A stretch of 64,000 nucleotides of DNA from an uncultured delta proteobacterium. Its GTDB lineage: Bacteria > Desulfobacterota > Binatia > UBA9968. How positions within the stretch are numbered: the first letter of the stretch is position 1; each line of letters opens with the position of its first letter. The stretch spans positions 1 through 64,000 of the forward strand of contig CAWDPO010000019.1 of the NCBI GenBank assembly GCA_963804165.1, written 5' to 3'. The notes under the pieces are model-generated. The model was given only the letters and a program-made list of their open reading frames with translations, was not told the DNA's origin and did no database searches. Shown here piece after piece: positions 47,818-59,738 of the stretch. Position numbers and translations under genes: made by a program.

Positions 47818-49976
47818 TCAGCGCCGATCGCATCGTACCGACCACCTGCCCGTACTGCGGTGTGGGTTGCGGCCTTGAGCTGCACATTAAAGACGACTAC
47901 GTCTTCAAAGTGACCTCGTCCTTTGACTCAGTGGTGAACCACGGCAACCTGTGCGTCAAGGGACGCTTTGGCTACGACTTCATTTACAACAAGGACCGGG
48001 TGACGACGCCGCTGATTCGTAAGAAACCTCAGGCACCCGGCGCGCGCACCCAGGCATTCGAACGCGATCAATGGCGCGAGGTCTCGTGGGACGAAGCCCT
48101 CGAATATGCCACCGATCGAATGGTGGAGATTTACCAGCGCGATGGCGCCGACGCCATGGCGGTTTACTGCTGCGCCAAGGCGACCAACGAGGATAACTAC
48201 CTCCTGCAAAAACTTTTCCGCGCGCTGTTCCGCAGCAATAACATCGATCACTGCACGCGCCTGTGCCATGCGGGCTCGGTGGTCGCGCTGCAGATGGCGC
48301 TCGGCTCCTCAGCGATGAGCAACACCGCCGCCGAAGTCATTCACAGCGACGTCTTTCTCGTAACCGGCTCCAACACAGCCGAAACGCATCCGATCATCGC
48401 GCTGCAAATGAAGGCAGCGGTTGCCAATCACGGCGCCAAGCTCATCGTCGTGGATCCCCGGCGAGTGGAGATGGTCAACTGGTCCGCGCTCTGGCTCCCT
48501 GAGAAACCGGGCACCGATGTTCCGCTCTTTTCCGCCATGGCGCATGTCATCATTAAGGAGAAGCTTTATAACCAGGATTTCATCGATCGCCGAACCGAAG
48601 GTTTCGCAGGCTTCGCAAAATCCACGGAGAAATTCACGCCCGAATATGCCGAAGCGATTTCCGGCGTCGACCGCAACCTGATCGTCCAGGCGGCGCGGAT
48701 GTATGCGACGGCGAAAAACGCAGCGATTTATTGGGCGCTGGGCATTCCCGAACACTCGCACGGCACCGACAACGCGATGTCGCTCATCCATCTGGCGCTG
48801 CTCACCGGCCATATCGGCCGCAAAGGCACGGGTTTGAATCCATTGCGCGGGCAGAACAACGTCCAAGGCGCATCGGATTCGGGCGCCATGCCATGGCACT
48901 ATCCGGGTTATCAAAGAGTCGACGACGAAGCGGCAGCGCGCAAATTCGAGCAGGCGTGGAATATCGAGCCAGGCGGCCTTAATCGTAGACTGGGGCTGAC
49001 GACGACCGAAATCATGAGTGAGGTCCGGCCGGGTGGAGTGCGCGCGCTGCACATCATGGGCGAGAATCCCATGATGTCCGAGCCCAACCTGAATCACACG
49101 CGCCACATGATGGAACAGCTGGAGTTCCTGGTGGCGCAGGACTTGTTTATCAATGAGTCCGGCGCCTATGCCGACGTCTTTTTGCCCGCGACTTCCTGGG
49201 CGGAGAAAGAAGGCACATTCACCAACACCGACCGCCGCGTCCAGCGCGTGCGCAAAGCGTTGGACCCGCGCGGCCAATCCCGACCTGACTTGGAGATCAT
49301 TTGTGATCTTGCCGGGCGCATCGAAAAGAAGCTCGGCCGCCCGCGGACAGCTTTCTGGGCGTACGCGAGCCCCGCCGAAGTGCTCGAAGAAATGGGTCGC
49401 GTCGTGCCTGAATACGCTGGAGTGAAATATCGGCGCATCGAAAAAGAAGGCTTACAGACGCCGGTGTGGGATGACAATCATCCCGGCACTCCTTATCTCT
49501 TCACCGAGACTTTTCCCAGCGGCAAGGGCAAGTTCCACCCTCTTGAGTACATACCTTCCGTGGAGATGCCCGACGAGGAATATCCGTTCATCCTCACCAC
49601 CGGACGCCTGCTCGAACACTGGCACGGCGGCACGATGACGCGCCATTCAAAGCTCGACGAGCTCTATCCGGAGGCGCGCATCGAAATCAATCCTGCCGAC
49701 GCGGCCCGCCTCAAGATCGAAGACGGCGACACTGTGCGCGCCTCGTCGCGCCGCGGCACCGTCGTCCTGCGCGCCTGGGTGACCCAGCGCACCACGGTCG
49801 GCGTGGTTTTCATCCCCATGCATTTTGTCGAAGCCGCCGCGAACCTGCTCACGATCGATGCCCTAGACCCACTCGCCAAGATCCCCGAATACAAAGCCTG
49901 CGCCGTGAGCATCGTACCCGCGGCTGAAAAAGAGCTGGCGCGACCCGAGGCAAAAGTGGAAAGGGGCCGGTACTGA
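47814..49976 (+). CDS. fdhF: Mo/W-bis-PGD formate dehydrogenase catalytic subunit (Cys type)
   Basis: CPYCGVGC..C; [10 protein letters not shown]; [10 protein letters not shown]; PEYK. Confidence 0.93.
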   Translation: MISADRIVPTTCPYCGVGCGLELHIKDDYVFKVTSSFDSVVNHGNLCVKGRFGYDFIYNKDRVTTPLIRKKPQAPGARTQAFERDQWREVSWDEALEYATDRMVEIYQRDGADAMAVYCCAKATNEDNYLLQKLFRALFRSNNIDHCTRLCHAGSVVALQMALGSSAMSNTAAEVIHSDVFLVTGSNTAETHPIIALQMKAAVANHGAKLIVVDPRRVEMVNWSALWLPEKPGTDVPLFSAMAHVIIKEKLYNQDFIDRRTEGFAGFAKSTEKFTPEYAEAISGVDRNLIVQAARMYATAKNAAIYWALGIPEHSHGTDNAMSLIHLALLTGHIGRKGTGLNPLRGQNNVQGASDSGAMPWHYPGYQRVDDEAAARKFEQAWNIEPGGLNRRLGLTTTEIMSEVRPGGVRALHIMGENPMMSEPNLNHTRHMMEQLEFLVAQDLFINESGAYADVFLPATSWAEKEGTFTNTDRRVQRVRKALDPRGQSRPDLEIICDLAGRIEKKLGRPRTAFWAYASPAEVLEEMGRVVPEYAGVKYRRIEKEGLQTPVWDDNHPGTPYLFTETFPSGKGKFHPLEYIPSVEMPDEEYPFILTTGRLLEHWHGGTMTRHSKLDELYPEARIEINPADAARLKIEDGDTVRASSRRGTVVLRAWVTQRTTVGVVFIPMHFVEAAANLLTIDALDPLAKIPEYKACAVSIVPAAEKELARPEAKVERGRY

Positions 49977-50081
49977 GTCAGCACGCATCCAATTCCTTCT
50001 CCACTGCTCGCGGTTAAATTCTAAATTTCTGCACGGCCGATTCATGAATCGCCCCTGCTTCACCTGCCATGCTAATAATTT

Positions 50082-50239
50082 CGCCACCCCCGAATGTTTT
50101 TATCGGGGGTCCAGCTCCGGATTCGCCTGTGGTGAGCTCAGTCGAACCACCGCTTAAAGCATGCGGGAATGACGGACGTTAAGTGCTCTGAATAGTTTTC
50201 TACGCACCAAGCTGGGGGAATAAACCCGCAGTGATTCAA
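50082..50239 (+). repeat. Second copy of the composite REP-like/hairpin element, with a nested insert
   Basis: Similar to 21215-21354; extra TGGTGAGCTCAGTCGAACCA inside; ends GATTCAA. Confidence 0.65.
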
Positions 50240-50314
50240 GGAGCAAACGTCTCGGCGCCTTGACTATGCCGTTCCCGCGACCCTAGTATTTCACCAAGGG
50301 TCCCGCACGGGATT

Positions 50315-51226
50315 ATGGACAATCATCAGAGGATTACCGATGCGACTGCTGTTGTCTTGACGGGTGGCAAGAGTTCGCGCATGGGCCGGCCCAAGGCGCT
50401 GCTGCCCTTCGATGACGAGCCGCTCATCGCGCATGTCGTTCGGAGGCTCGGGCGCATCTTCGCGGAAACCGTCGTGGTGGCCGCACCTGATCAAGAGCTG
50501 CCGCCTCTTCCGGTCGCGCTGGTGCGCGACGAGGTAGCCTATCAAGGTCCGGTGAGCGGCATTTACCATGGCCTGAGAGCCGCCACCAAGGAAGTTTGTT
50601 TCGTGACCTCCTGCGATGCGCCCTTTCTCAATCTCATGCTAATTTCGCATCTCCTGTCGCAGATCGCGGACTGGGACGTGGTCGTGCCGTTCTGGCAGGA
50701 GCGCTTTCAACCTTTGCATGCTGTTTACCGGCGCAGCGTCGCGCCGCTCTTGCGCGAGCAGCTCGAGCGCAGCGAGCTGCGGCCGATTTCGCTCTACCCA
50801 AAAGTTCGCACCCGGGAAATCCATGAGGTCGAAGTGCGCCGGTTCGATCCCGAGGGCCTGAGCTTTCTCAACATGAATACGCCCGAAGACTACCAGGCCG
50901 CCGTCGACCGCTGGCACAGCATGAACAAAAACGGTTTAGAAACCGCCGATGCGATCTCCGTGTCCGTTGAGCTGTTCGGTGTGGCTCGTTTGATCGCAAA
51001 GACCAGATCAGTATCCTTATCGCTGCCGCAAGATGCGACTCTCGCGAACGTTTTTTCGGCGCTCACTGAGCGGCTGCCGGTTTTGCTCGGCAGGATCATC
51101 AGCTCCGACGGTCTGGTTAGCGGCTATACCTGCAACATCAATGGTTTGAACTTTATTCGTGCTCCCGGCGCCAAGGTCAATTCGGGAGATAAAATTTTTA
51201 TTCTTTCTGCTGACGCGGGAGGCTGA
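50315..51226 (+). CDS. MobA (Mo-cofactor guanylyltransferase) fused to a MoaD/ThiS-like domain
   Basis: LTGGKSSRMG..K, GP, CDAPF, NMNTPED; C-terminal beta-grasp ending in ADAGG. Confidence 0.88.
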   Translation: MDNHQRITDATAVVLTGGKSSRMGRPKALLPFDDEPLIAHVVRRLGRIFAETVVVAAPDQELPPLPVALVRDEVAYQGPVSGIYHGLRAATKEVCFVTSCDAPFLNLMLISHLLSQIADWDVVVPFWQERFQPLHAVYRRSVAPLLREQLERSELRPISLYPKVRTREIHEVEVRRFDPEGLSFLNMNTPEDYQAAVDRWHSMNKNGLETADAISVSVELFGVARLIAKTRSVSLSLPQDATLANVFSALTERLPVLLGRIISSDGLVSGYTCNINGLNFIRAPGAKVNSGDKIFILSADAGG

Positions 51227-51230
51227 GCCA

Positions 51231-53061
51231 ATGTACGGTTTTCACGGCCGCATGCTCCACGTCGACTTGAGCACCGGGCAAAGTCTCTGGCATGAGATCG
51301 ATGAATCACGCCTGCGCGCATTCCTCGGCGGCATCGGGCTGGGCACAAGCCTGCTCTACGACTATGCGCCGCCGGGAGTCGATCCCTTTTCTCCCGCCAA
51401 TCCTTTGATCTTTGCCAGCGCGCCATTAGTCGGTACGGGCCTTACCACGACCGCAAAGTTTGCCGTTGTGACGAAATCTCCTCTCACCGGATTTATCGCC
51501 GATTCACTCTCTTCAAGTTACTTTGCGCTCGAGCTCAAACGGATCGGCCTCGATGCGTTTGATTATCACCGGCCGGGCCGCCGCTATGGCGTATATCTTC
51601 ATCCGAGATCAAACCGTCGAGATTCGCGCGGCCGAACATCTGCGCGGCAAGAGTCCCCTTGATACTGAATCTGCAATCCGCTCTGAGCTCAACTCGCCCA
51701 TGGCGCGCGTTGCCGCCATCGGCAAAGCCGGCGAAAACAAGGTGCGCTTCGCCACCATCAGTAACGAAGGGCGCCACGCCGGACGCGGCGGAGTCGGCGC
51801 GGTTATGGGATCGAAGAATCTCAAGGCCATCGCCCTATGCGGCGATCATGCGATCGCTGTCGCCGATCCGGCCGGCGTCGACAAGATCGCCGGCGCGCTG
51901 CGTGAGCGCAGTCTAAGTTCACTCACCGACAAGTATCGAAAGATCGGCACGGTGGCCAATCTGGCGGTCTTTAACCGCCTCGGCACTTTGCCCACGCGCA
52001 ATTTTCAGCAATCAACTTTTGACGACGCCGACGCCTTGAGCGGAGAGTCTCTGACGGAAAATAACTTCAGCCGCAGGCATGGCTGCGCCGCCTGCACGAT
52101 CCGCTGCGAGCGCCTATTCAAAGCTCTCAACGGTGAGGAACAGCGTCTGGAATATGAAACCCTTTTTGCCTTGGGACCGCTCTGCGGCATCGACAATCCT
52201 GCTGTGGTGCTTCAGGCCGCCCAGCTCTGTGACCTGTACGGAATTGACACAATCAGTGCCGGCGGCACCCTAGCCTGGGCGATGGAGTGCAGCGAGAGGG
52301 GATTGTTGCCTGGAGCAGAGGAGCTTGGCTTGAAGTTCGGCCAAGCAGACGCACTTCTCGCCGCTATTCCAGCCATCGGAGAGGGACGGGGCCTGGGCGC
52401 GCTGTTGGCTCAAGGCTCGCGTCGCGCCGCGATCGAGATCGGCGGAGAGAGCATGCATTGGGCGATGCACGTCAAAGGCTTGGAGCTCCCCGGCTATGAA
52501 CCGCGTAGCTTAAAGACCATGGCGCTGGGCTTGGCGGTCAGCCCGCGCGGCGCCTGCCACAATCGTTCCGGCGCTTACGAAGCCGACTTCTCGGGTGAAG
52601 TCGACCGCTTGCACGCCGACTCTGGCCGAGGTGTCTTGGTCGCCGCCTCAGAGGATTTCGCCGCGGTACTCGACTCGCTGATCGTCTGTAAGTTCCTGCG
52701 CAAATGCTTCACTGACTTTTACTGCGAGGGCGCAGACCTGCTGAGCAAGGTTACCGGGTGGGATTATTCAAGCGCTGAGCTGAAGCGCACCGGCGAGCGC
52801 ATTCACAACCTAAAAAAACTTTTCAACATGCGCGAGGGCTGGCAGATCGAGCATGATTGGCTGCCGCCGCGACTGTTAACCGAAACGCTTCCCACCGGCG
52901 TGGCTCAGGGCATCGGCCTGGCGGCCGAAGAACTGCGAGAAATGATTCAGAGCTATTACCACGCAAGAGGATGGGATGAATTCGGATTGATTACCGAGGA
53001 CAAGTTGCGGCAGCTGGGCCTTTCCGGAGTGTCGGGTTCGGAGTTCCAAGTTCCGAATTGA
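51231..53061 (+). CDS. Aldehyde:ferredoxin oxidoreductase family (tungsten-type) enzyme; frameshift near 51560
   Basis: KSPLTG, AGRGGVGAVMGSKNLKA, CAACTIRC, EYET, DTIS, GACH. Confidence 0.92.
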
Positions 53062-53117
53062 TCCGGAAACCGCAACTTCGTGGACGCAGGAGGAGCCGGA
53101 GGCAACTTAGCGAGTTA

Positions 53118-54197
53118 CTAGCGCAGCTGCCCGCTGCCGGGAATATGCACGAACGCGCTCATCTCGTGAGCGAACGTGACCGGCGCGGCCTTGCAGACGT
53201 AGCTCGAGGTAATCTGATCGACGCGAGTGACTCCCATGAGCGCCATGTCGATAGTGATCTCTTCTTCGAGCAGCTCGAGAACCTTCACCAGTCCAGCTTG
53301 ACCGCCCGCACCCAAACCCCAGCCTTGCAACTTGCCGATGGTGACGGCGTTTGCGCCAAGTGCCAAAGCCTTCACGACGTCGGTGCCGCGCGTCACTCCG
53401 CCATCGAGAACGATTGGAACTTTGCCGTTCACCGCCGCAGCGATTTCTGGCAGCGTGTCGATGGTGCCGAGGCCATGGTCGAGCTGGCGGCCGCCGTGGT
53501 TGGAAATGTAGATCACGTCGACACCATGATCGACGGCGAGCTTAGCGTCCTCCACGGTAGCGATGCCTTTGATGATCAGCGGCATGCCTGCGATTTTTTT
53601 GATCTCCTTTGCCATTTCCCAGGTGAGCATCGCTTGATAGATGCGCCCGGATTCCCGGTGCCGGCTTGGCGGCTGCCAGCGGTTGAGCAGCGGCCGCTCG
53701 CGCCGGCTGTAGTGCGCCGTGTCGACGGTGAGGCAGAGCGCGATGTATCCGGCCTTCTTCACCCGACCGACGATCTCGGCACACCAGTCGAGACCGCCGC
53801 GAATGTAGAGTTGAAAAATTTTCGGATGGTCGGTGGAAGCGGCGACCTCTTCGAGGGCCGGCTGAGTGACCGAGCTGAGGAAGTTCATGGTGCCGAACTC
53901 GGCGGCGGCTTTCGCCACGGCGACGCCTCCCTCCGGTGTAATCGTTTGCAGAGAACCAATGGGCGCCATCATCACTGGGATACGCAGTTTCTGTCCGAGG
54001 AAGGTTGTCGACGTGTCAACCTTGGAAACGTCCACTAGCACTCGCGGCCGCAACCCGAGGCAATCGAACCCCAGGCGGTTGCGCCGCATAGTCGTTTCCG
54101 ACTCCGCACCACCGGTAAGATAATCCCACACATCCTGCGGCAGATTGCGCCGCGCCGCCTGAATGATTTCTTGATTGCTGACATAATCGAGGCTCAT
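53118..54197 (-). CDS. FMN-dependent alpha-hydroxy-acid oxidase/dehydrogenase
   Basis: LTVD, IKGI, SNHGGRQLD, DGGV. Confidence 0.93.
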   Translation of the reverse strand: MSLDYVSNQEIIQAARRNLPQDVWDYLTGGAESETTMRRNRLGFDCLGLRPRVLVDVSKVDTSTTFLGQKLRIPVMMAPIGSLQTITPEGGVAVAKAAAEFGTMNFLSSVTQPALEEVAASTDHPKIFQLYIRGGLDWCAEIVGRVKKAGYIALCLTVDTAHYSRRERPLLNRWQPPSRHRESGRIYQAMLTWEMAKEIKKIAGMPLIIKGIATVEDAKLAVDHGVDVIYISNHGGRQLDHGLGTIDTLPEIAAAVNGKVPIVLDGGVTRGTDVVKALALGANAVTIGKLQGWGLGAGGQAGLVKVLELLEEEITIDMALMGVTRVDQITSSYVCKAAPVTFAHEMSAFVHIPGSGQLR

Positions 54198-54281
54198 GGA
54201 TTCTTCTCCTTCAATAAATCTTGATTGCATTGCACACTATCGAACCGCGCAACAAACTGTCAAACAAATCGGCCTCAACAG

Positions 54282-54312
54282 AAAAGGGGGAGGCAGTGTG
54301 CCTCCCCCTTTT
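54282..54312. terminator. Intrinsic terminator downstream of ilvD (symmetric, potentially bidirectional)
   Basis: Perfect AAAAGGGGGAGGCA-gtg-TGCCTCCCCCTTTT. Confidence 0.85.
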
Positions 54313-54355
54313 CCGACCTTGAACTTTGAACCCTTGAACCTTGAACGAGCTATGC

Positions 54356-56029
54356 CTACCGCGTCACCGCGCCCTCGGACGCAGACGACACGAGTTTGGC
54401 GTACTTGGCCATGACACCGGTTTTGTAGCGCGGTACGGGCGCCGTCCACTGGCTGAGCCGTGACTTCATCTCTTGATCGGAAATTTCGACATCCAAGCGC
54501 CGCGCTTTGATGTCAAAAACAATCGTGTCGCCGTCGCGCAACGCGGCGATCGGTCCGCCGTGAGCTGCTTCGGGTGCCACATGACCGGCCATCAAACCAT
54601 GGGTTGCACCTGAGAAACGTCCGTCAGTAAGAAGGGCAACGGAATCGCCTAACCCCGCGCCAACCAGCGCGGCGGTAACACCGAGCATCTCACGCATTCC
54701 TGGTCCGCCCTTCGGTCCTTCGTAGCGAATTACGACGACATCATTGTCTTTGATCTGACCTGCCTGCACCGCTTTGAAAGCATCTTCTTCGCGCTCGAAA
54801 ACCCGCGCCGGACCTTTGTGAATCATGCGCTCATGCCCGGCGACTTTGACGACGCAGCCTTCCGGCGCCAGATTACCTTTGAGAATAACCAAGCCGCCGG
54901 TTGATTTTAGCGGGTTCGTCATCGCCCGCACCACTTCTTGCCCGGGAGTTTCCTTGGTCATTTGCGCTGCTTCAGCGATCGTCTTACCCAACACCGTGAT
55001 CGTATCGCCGTGAATCAGTCCGGCCTCGATCAAGCGCTTGGCAACGAGCTGAATGCCGCCGGCTTGGTATAAATCATTGGCGACAAACCGCCCGCCCGGT
55101 TTGAGATCGGCGATCAGCGGCGTGCGCTCGCTGATCCGGTCGAAATCGTCGATCGTCAATTCGACACCCGTTTCGCGCGCAATCGCGAGCAAATGCAACA
55201 CTGCGTTGGTCGAGCCGCCGGTAGCGGCCACCGATGCAATGGCGTTTTCAATCGCTTTACGCGTAAGGATCTGCGACGGCCGCAAATCGGCATTGAGTAA
55301 ATCCATGACCAACTTGCCGGCGTTGAACGCAGCTTCGTCTTTTTCCCCGATGGTCGCGGGAATGCCGTTGCTGCCCATCGGCGAGATGCCGAGAAATTCC
55401 ATTACCGTCGACATGGTGTTGGCGGTAAATTGCCCGCCGCAAGCGCCGGCGCCGGGGCACGCGGCATTTTCCACAGCGAGAAATTGTTCGGCGTCGATCC
55501 GTTTGCTGGCATAAGCGCCCACGGCTTCGAACACGTCTTGAATGGTCAAATCTTTGTCACCCAAGTGGCCCGGAGCGATCGAACCGCCGTAGAGCGCAAG
55601 TCCCGGAATATCAAGGCGAGCTAAAGCCATCACCACGCCGGGGTTGGTCTTGTCGCAACCGGACAGACAAACGAGCGCGTCGAAATGATTGCCGCGCGCC
55701 ACGAGTTCGATCGAATCGGCGATCACCTCGCGGCTGATCAGGGAGCATTTCATGCCTTCCGCGCCCATGCTGATGCCGTCTGAGATCGACACCGTGTTGA
55801 ACTCCATCGGCGTTCCGCCGGCGGCGCGAATACCCTCTTTCACTTTCGCCGCCAGCCGCCGTAAATGATAATTGCACGGCCCGATCTCGATCCAGGTGTT
55901 GGCCACGCCGACGATCGGCCGGCGCAAGTCTTCATCGCTAAAACCCACCGCTTTGAACATCGCCCGCGTCGGCGCGCGATCCGGTCCATCCGTGATCACC
56001 CCGCTACGGGGTTTCATATTTTCGGCCAT
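54356..56029 (-). CDS. ilvD: Dihydroxy-acid dehydratase
   Basis: [32 protein letters not shown]. Confidence 0.96.
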   Translation of the reverse strand: MAENMKPRSGVITDGPDRAPTRAMFKAVGFSDEDLRRPIVGVANTWIEIGPCNYHLRRLAAKVKEGIRAAGGTPMEFNTVSISDGISMGAEGMKCSLISREVIADSIELVARGNHFDALVCLSGCDKTNPGVVMALARLDIPGLALYGGSIAPGHLGDKDLTIQDVFEAVGAYASKRIDAEQFLAVENAACPGAGACGGQFTANTMSTVMEFLGISPMGSNGIPATIGEKDEAAFNAGKLVMDLLNADLRPSQILTRKAIENAIASVAATGGSTNAVLHLLAIARETGVELTIDDFDRISERTPLIADLKPGGRFVANDLYQAGGIQLVAKRLIEAGLIHGDTITVLGKTIAEAAQMTKETPGQEVVRAMTNPLKSTGGLVILKGNLAPEGCVVKVAGHERMIHKGPARVFEREEDAFKAVQAGQIKDNDVVVIRYEGPKGGPGMREMLGVTAALVGAGLGDSVALLTDGRFSGATHGLMAGHVAPEAAHGGPIAALRDGDTIVFDIKARRLDVEISDQEMKSRLSQWTAPVPRYKTGVMAKYAKLVSSASEGAVTR

Positions 56030-56187
56030 ATGTCGCTCCTGGTTAAACTGATGACGAGGCTTTCAATTAACTATGCCGTCCGCGGATTTGCAAGCCACAG
56101 ATTCTCTCAATCAACATCTCTACCAGGCCGATCTCCGACACAAAGTTCGCAGGTACTCTTGAAGCCCCCGGCGCCAAACCCTATCGT

Positions 56188-56805
56188 ATGAATAGTATGA
56201 ATCTTAAGAGGCTTCGATTTAGGATGTATCCGGCGGCGGTGATCGTAAGCTTGGCGATTTCAAGCGCGCTCGCGGTGCAAGTATCCAGAGAGCAAGGCGA
56301 TAGTCTTCAACGGAAGTTTGACGAAATTGCCAAGAATGCTTCCAGCGATCCCGTCCGGCCGAAACGAACGCCGATGTCAGAGCTCGAAGTAGCGTCGTAC
56401 CTCGCATTCAATGCCAAAGATAAAATTCCTCGAGGCCTGACCAATCCCCAGATCTCGATGCTCGGCAACGGTAATCTCGCTGGCCGGGTCTATGTCGATA
56501 TGGATGAATTCAAACGCCAGCGCGGCTCCGGTGGACTCATGGACCCGTTAAGTTACGTCTCAGGTCGAGTGCCGCTAACGGCGCGTGGCGTCCTGCGCAC
56601 GCGCGACGGCAAAGGACAGTTTCAGCTGGCCTCCGCCGAGATTCTCGGCGTGCCCTTGCCAAAGCCGATATTGCAGGAGCTTGTGAGTTTCTTCTCGCGC
56701 ACTCCTGACCGTCCGCGCGGATTTAACATGGACGAGCCGTTTGACCTCCCGGCGAAGATTCGTGAGGTCGCGGTCAATCAGGGAGAGGCGGTCATCGCGC
56801 AGTAG
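56188..56805 (+). CDS. Exported hypothetical protein
   Basis: Signal-peptide-like N-terminus; coherent 205-aa ORF. Confidence 0.65.
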   Translation: MNSMNLKRLRFRMYPAAVIVSLAISSALAVQVSREQGDSLQRKFDEIAKNASSDPVRPKRTPMSELEVASYLAFNAKDKIPRGLTNPQISMLGNGNLAGRVYVDMDEFKRQRGSGGLMDPLSYVSGRVPLTARGVLRTRDGKGQFQLASAEILGVPLPKPILQELVSFFSRTPDRPRGFNMDEPFDLPAKIREVAVNQGEAVIAQ

Positions 56806-56910
56806 CACCGCTGGCGGCGTCCGGGCGGTCTAATCGGAAGAAAGCCGCGGCATGATCGATGGTTTTACTTTTGCACACGCGCTGGCAAGGCGAGCCAGGG
56901 ACGCAGCAGA

Positions 56911-57003
56911 TTATTTTTTGTAGAGCCTATCGATAAAAGCCGCTTTGATCGAGCTCTTTCAATAACGCCAGGTTCACGAATTCTTCGGCTTTGGCGCCCT
57001 TTT
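56911..57003 (-). pseudogene. Orphan 3' fragment of an ABC substrate-binding protein gene
   Basis: Translates as KGAKAEEFVNLALLKELDQSGF(fs)IDRLYKK*, resembling the C-terminus of 57843-58844. Confidence 0.55.
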
Positions 57004-57257
57004 AGTTCAATGATTTTTTCCTCGCGATTCGTTATTAGGCTATTCCTATATTTGTCGAAGCCTATGCGAGCGTGTCAACGCAATCACTGCGCCAGTCCGC
57101 GGTTAATCGCAACCAGTGGAAACCCCGATTCTTTCAAACCGAGGGAATCATTTTGCCGCGCGCCGCTGCTCATCCATTAGACAGAGCTGCTATAATTCAG
57201 GCATCTTAAAATTTGCGCCCTAGTGAGAGAATCGCGAGGCGGCGCGGGAGAAAGAGA

Positions 57258-57686
57258 ATGCGGGAAATTGACTATCAGTACGGCAATGACTTAAATCTCG
57301 ATCAAGTGATCGAGTTATACAACGCATCCACTCTAGGCGAGCGGCGGCCCGTCGACGATCGACGCATCATGACGGACATGCTGCGCCACGCCAATCTCGT
57401 GGTCACGGCGTGGGATGGAGATTTATTAGTCGGCCTCGCGCGCACGCTGAGCGACTTTTCCTACGTCGGCTATCTAGCCGATCTTGCCGTGCGCTTGTCG
57501 CATCAACGCCAAGGCATCGGCGTCGAACTCATCCGGCAGACCCGTGAAAAGATGGGCCCGCGTTCCATGCTGGTGCTGCTGTCCGCGCCGAAAGCCGTCG
57601 AGTACTATCCCAAGATTGGCTTTACCCGGCATGATAGTGCCTGGACCTTGCGCGCCGCTGAGCCTTTGCCGACTTCCCGCCGCTGA
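57258..57686 (+). CDS. GNAT-family N-acetyltransferase
   Basis: LVGLAR, DLAV..HQRQGIG, YYPKIGF. Confidence 0.9.
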   Translation: MREIDYQYGNDLNLDQVIELYNASTLGERRPVDDRRIMTDMLRHANLVVTAWDGDLLVGLARTLSDFSYVGYLADLAVRLSHQRQGIGVELIRQTREKMGPRSMLVLLSAPKAVEYYPKIGFTRHDSAWTLRAAEPLPTSRR

Positions 57687-57842
57687 CAGTCCCATCAACT
57701 TTTTAGCCGATTTTAAGGAGCATGTTATGTGCGCACGAATAGCGACCCTCTGAGCCGGTTGCGACCAACGGCCTTGAGCTGGCATCTAAAGCGTGGCATT
57801 GCTGGTCCGGCGGGCGAATCAAAAACAAGAATTGGAGACAAC

Positions 57843-58844
57843 GTGGTTAAACCTCATCACCTTTTCTTTCGTTCTCTAACACTGCTCTTGCTGGCGCTCA
57901 CTTACCCGTTCGCCGCCTATGCCAATGCCCCGATCATGGCAGGAGTCGCCGGACCGGGCGTCAACTTGATCTATGCGTACCTCGCTCAGGACGCGGGAAT
58001 GTGGAAAAAACACGGGCTTGACGCGCGCGTGGTTCTGTTTGAATCCGGTTCGACGCTTGCCCAGGTTGCGCGAACAGGCGAGGTCAAGTTTGCCATCAAT
58101 TCCGGGCCGGCGACGATCGCCGCACGCACCCAGGGCGCGGACGCCGTGATTGTCGCTGCCGTCGTCAATACCCTTCCTTACAGTTTGGTCGCCGCGAAGG
58201 GAATCACCAAATGGTCCGATCTGAAGGGAAAGAAAATCGGCATCAGCCGCTTTGGGTCAGGAACCGACACCGCCATTCGTCTGGTGTGCAAAAAATTCGG
58301 CCTCGACCCCACTAAAGACATCATCATCTTGCAAGGTGGCACTCAGCCGAGCCGCTTGCAGGCTTTGGCAGCGGGCGCCCTGGACGCCACGTTGGTATCC
58401 CCGCCCTTGGATTTGACCGCGAAGAAGCAGGGCTTCTCCGTATTGGTAAACGTCGCGGAGCTGGGTATTCCCTATCCCCAGCTCGTGATCGAAACCACCG
58501 ACCGTTTCAACCGGGAAAATCCGCAAACCGTCAAGAGCTTCTTGAAAGGATTCATCGAAGGCGTGCACTACGCCGCCACACACAAAGAGGAGACCAAAAA
58601 GATCATCACCAAGTATCTGAAGACCGCCGACCCCGAGATTCTTGAAGCGACTTATCAGAGTTTTCTCCAGGTGACCGATTACAGCGCCAACCCAAATCTC
58701 GAAGGCATTCGCAACGCCATCGACGAAGTGGCGCAACGGGTCCCGGCGGCGAAGAACAAGAAATCCGAGGACTTCATCGATATGCGGTTTCTCAAGGAGC
58801 TCGACAACGAGGGTTTCTTCAAACAATTTCAAAAAAAGATCTAA
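57843..58844 (+). CDS. ABC transporter substrate-binding protein (NMT1/SsuA-like)
   Basis: Signal peptide; DLKGKKIGISRFGSGTD; RLQAL..G.LDA. Confidence 0.88.
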   Translation: MVKPHHLFFRSLTLLLLALTYPFAAYANAPIMAGVAGPGVNLIYAYLAQDAGMWKKHGLDARVVLFESGSTLAQVARTGEVKFAINSGPATIAARTQGADAVIVAAVVNTLPYSLVAAKGITKWSDLKGKKIGISRFGSGTDTAIRLVCKKFGLDPTKDIIILQGGTQPSRLQALAAGALDATLVSPPLDLTAKKQGFSVLVNVAELGIPYPQLVIETTDRFNRENPQTVKSFLKGFIEGVHYAATHKEETKKIITKYLKTADPEILEATYQSFLQVTDYSANPNLEGIRNAIDEVAQRVPAAKNKKSEDFIDMRFLKELDNEGFFKQFQKKI

Positions 58845-58856
58845 AAGCGGAGCGCT

Positions 58857-59738
58857 ATGAATACGCTGCGCTTTAAGCAGGTCGACGTCTTCACGCGAAA
58901 GCCTTTCTCAGGAAATCCAGTCGCAGTCGTCTTGGACGCGGATAAGCTTGACGCCGACGAAATGCAGCGAATTGCTGCATGGACAAATCTTTCCGAGACG
59001 ACCTTTGTTCTACCGCCTTCCTCGGCCGTTGCGGATTACAGGTTAAGAATTTTCACTCCGAAACAGGAGTTGCCCTTCGCCGGACATCCGACCATTGGCA
59101 GCGCACACGCCGTGCTCGAATGTGGTGTCGTCGCTGCGCCCAACGGAAGGCTTCGCCAAGAATGCCTCGCCGGCGTCATCGAAATTCAAATTGAAAAAGA
59201 CTCCGGTTGGTGACCGGCACCTTTATCCGAACGCGCCGAAAGCTAAAATCAGCGCTCTTGAGCCAAGGTCAAATGCACCGGCTAACTGGCAGCATTGGGC
59301 GTGTCAGGAGACGCTTCGCGCCCGCCGCTGCGTGTCGATGTCGGCGTGGTCTGGCTGATCACGGACCTCGGCAATGCGGGTATCGTCGACGGGCTGAATC
59401 CCGATTTACAAAGCGTGTTAGACATGAGCGGCGAGACTCGCGCCGCCGGCGTTACGGTTTTCGGTTTGGCGGATGATGATCGAGCGCGCTTGCATGTGCG
59501 CTCATTCGCGCCCGCCCTCGGAGTTCCCGAAGATCCTGTTTGCGGCAGCGGCAACGCCAGCGTCGCCGCATATCTAATTCACAACGGATTGATAAGCGAA
59601 ATTGGCACCGACTACACGGCCCGGCAAGGCATGAACGTCGGTCGTGACGGTTTGGTGACGGTAAAGGTCGATGGCGGCGAGATCAGCATCGGCGGCTATG
59701 CGGTGACCTGTATCGACGGCTCGTTATGCATCGCGTGA
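58857..59738 (+). CDS. PhzF-family isomerase (frameshifted around 59210-59290)
   Basis: QVDVF..GNPVAV, NLSETTF, ELPFAGHPT, EDPVCGSGN. Confidence 0.9.

Noticed and set aside
48240-48275. Selenocysteine in formate dehydrogenase
   Set aside because: The active-site codon is TGC (RLCH); there is no in-frame TGA.
56045-56070. Hammerhead or fluoride-riboswitch core (CTGATGA)
   Set aside because: No matching GAAA or stems, and no GGCGATGG element.
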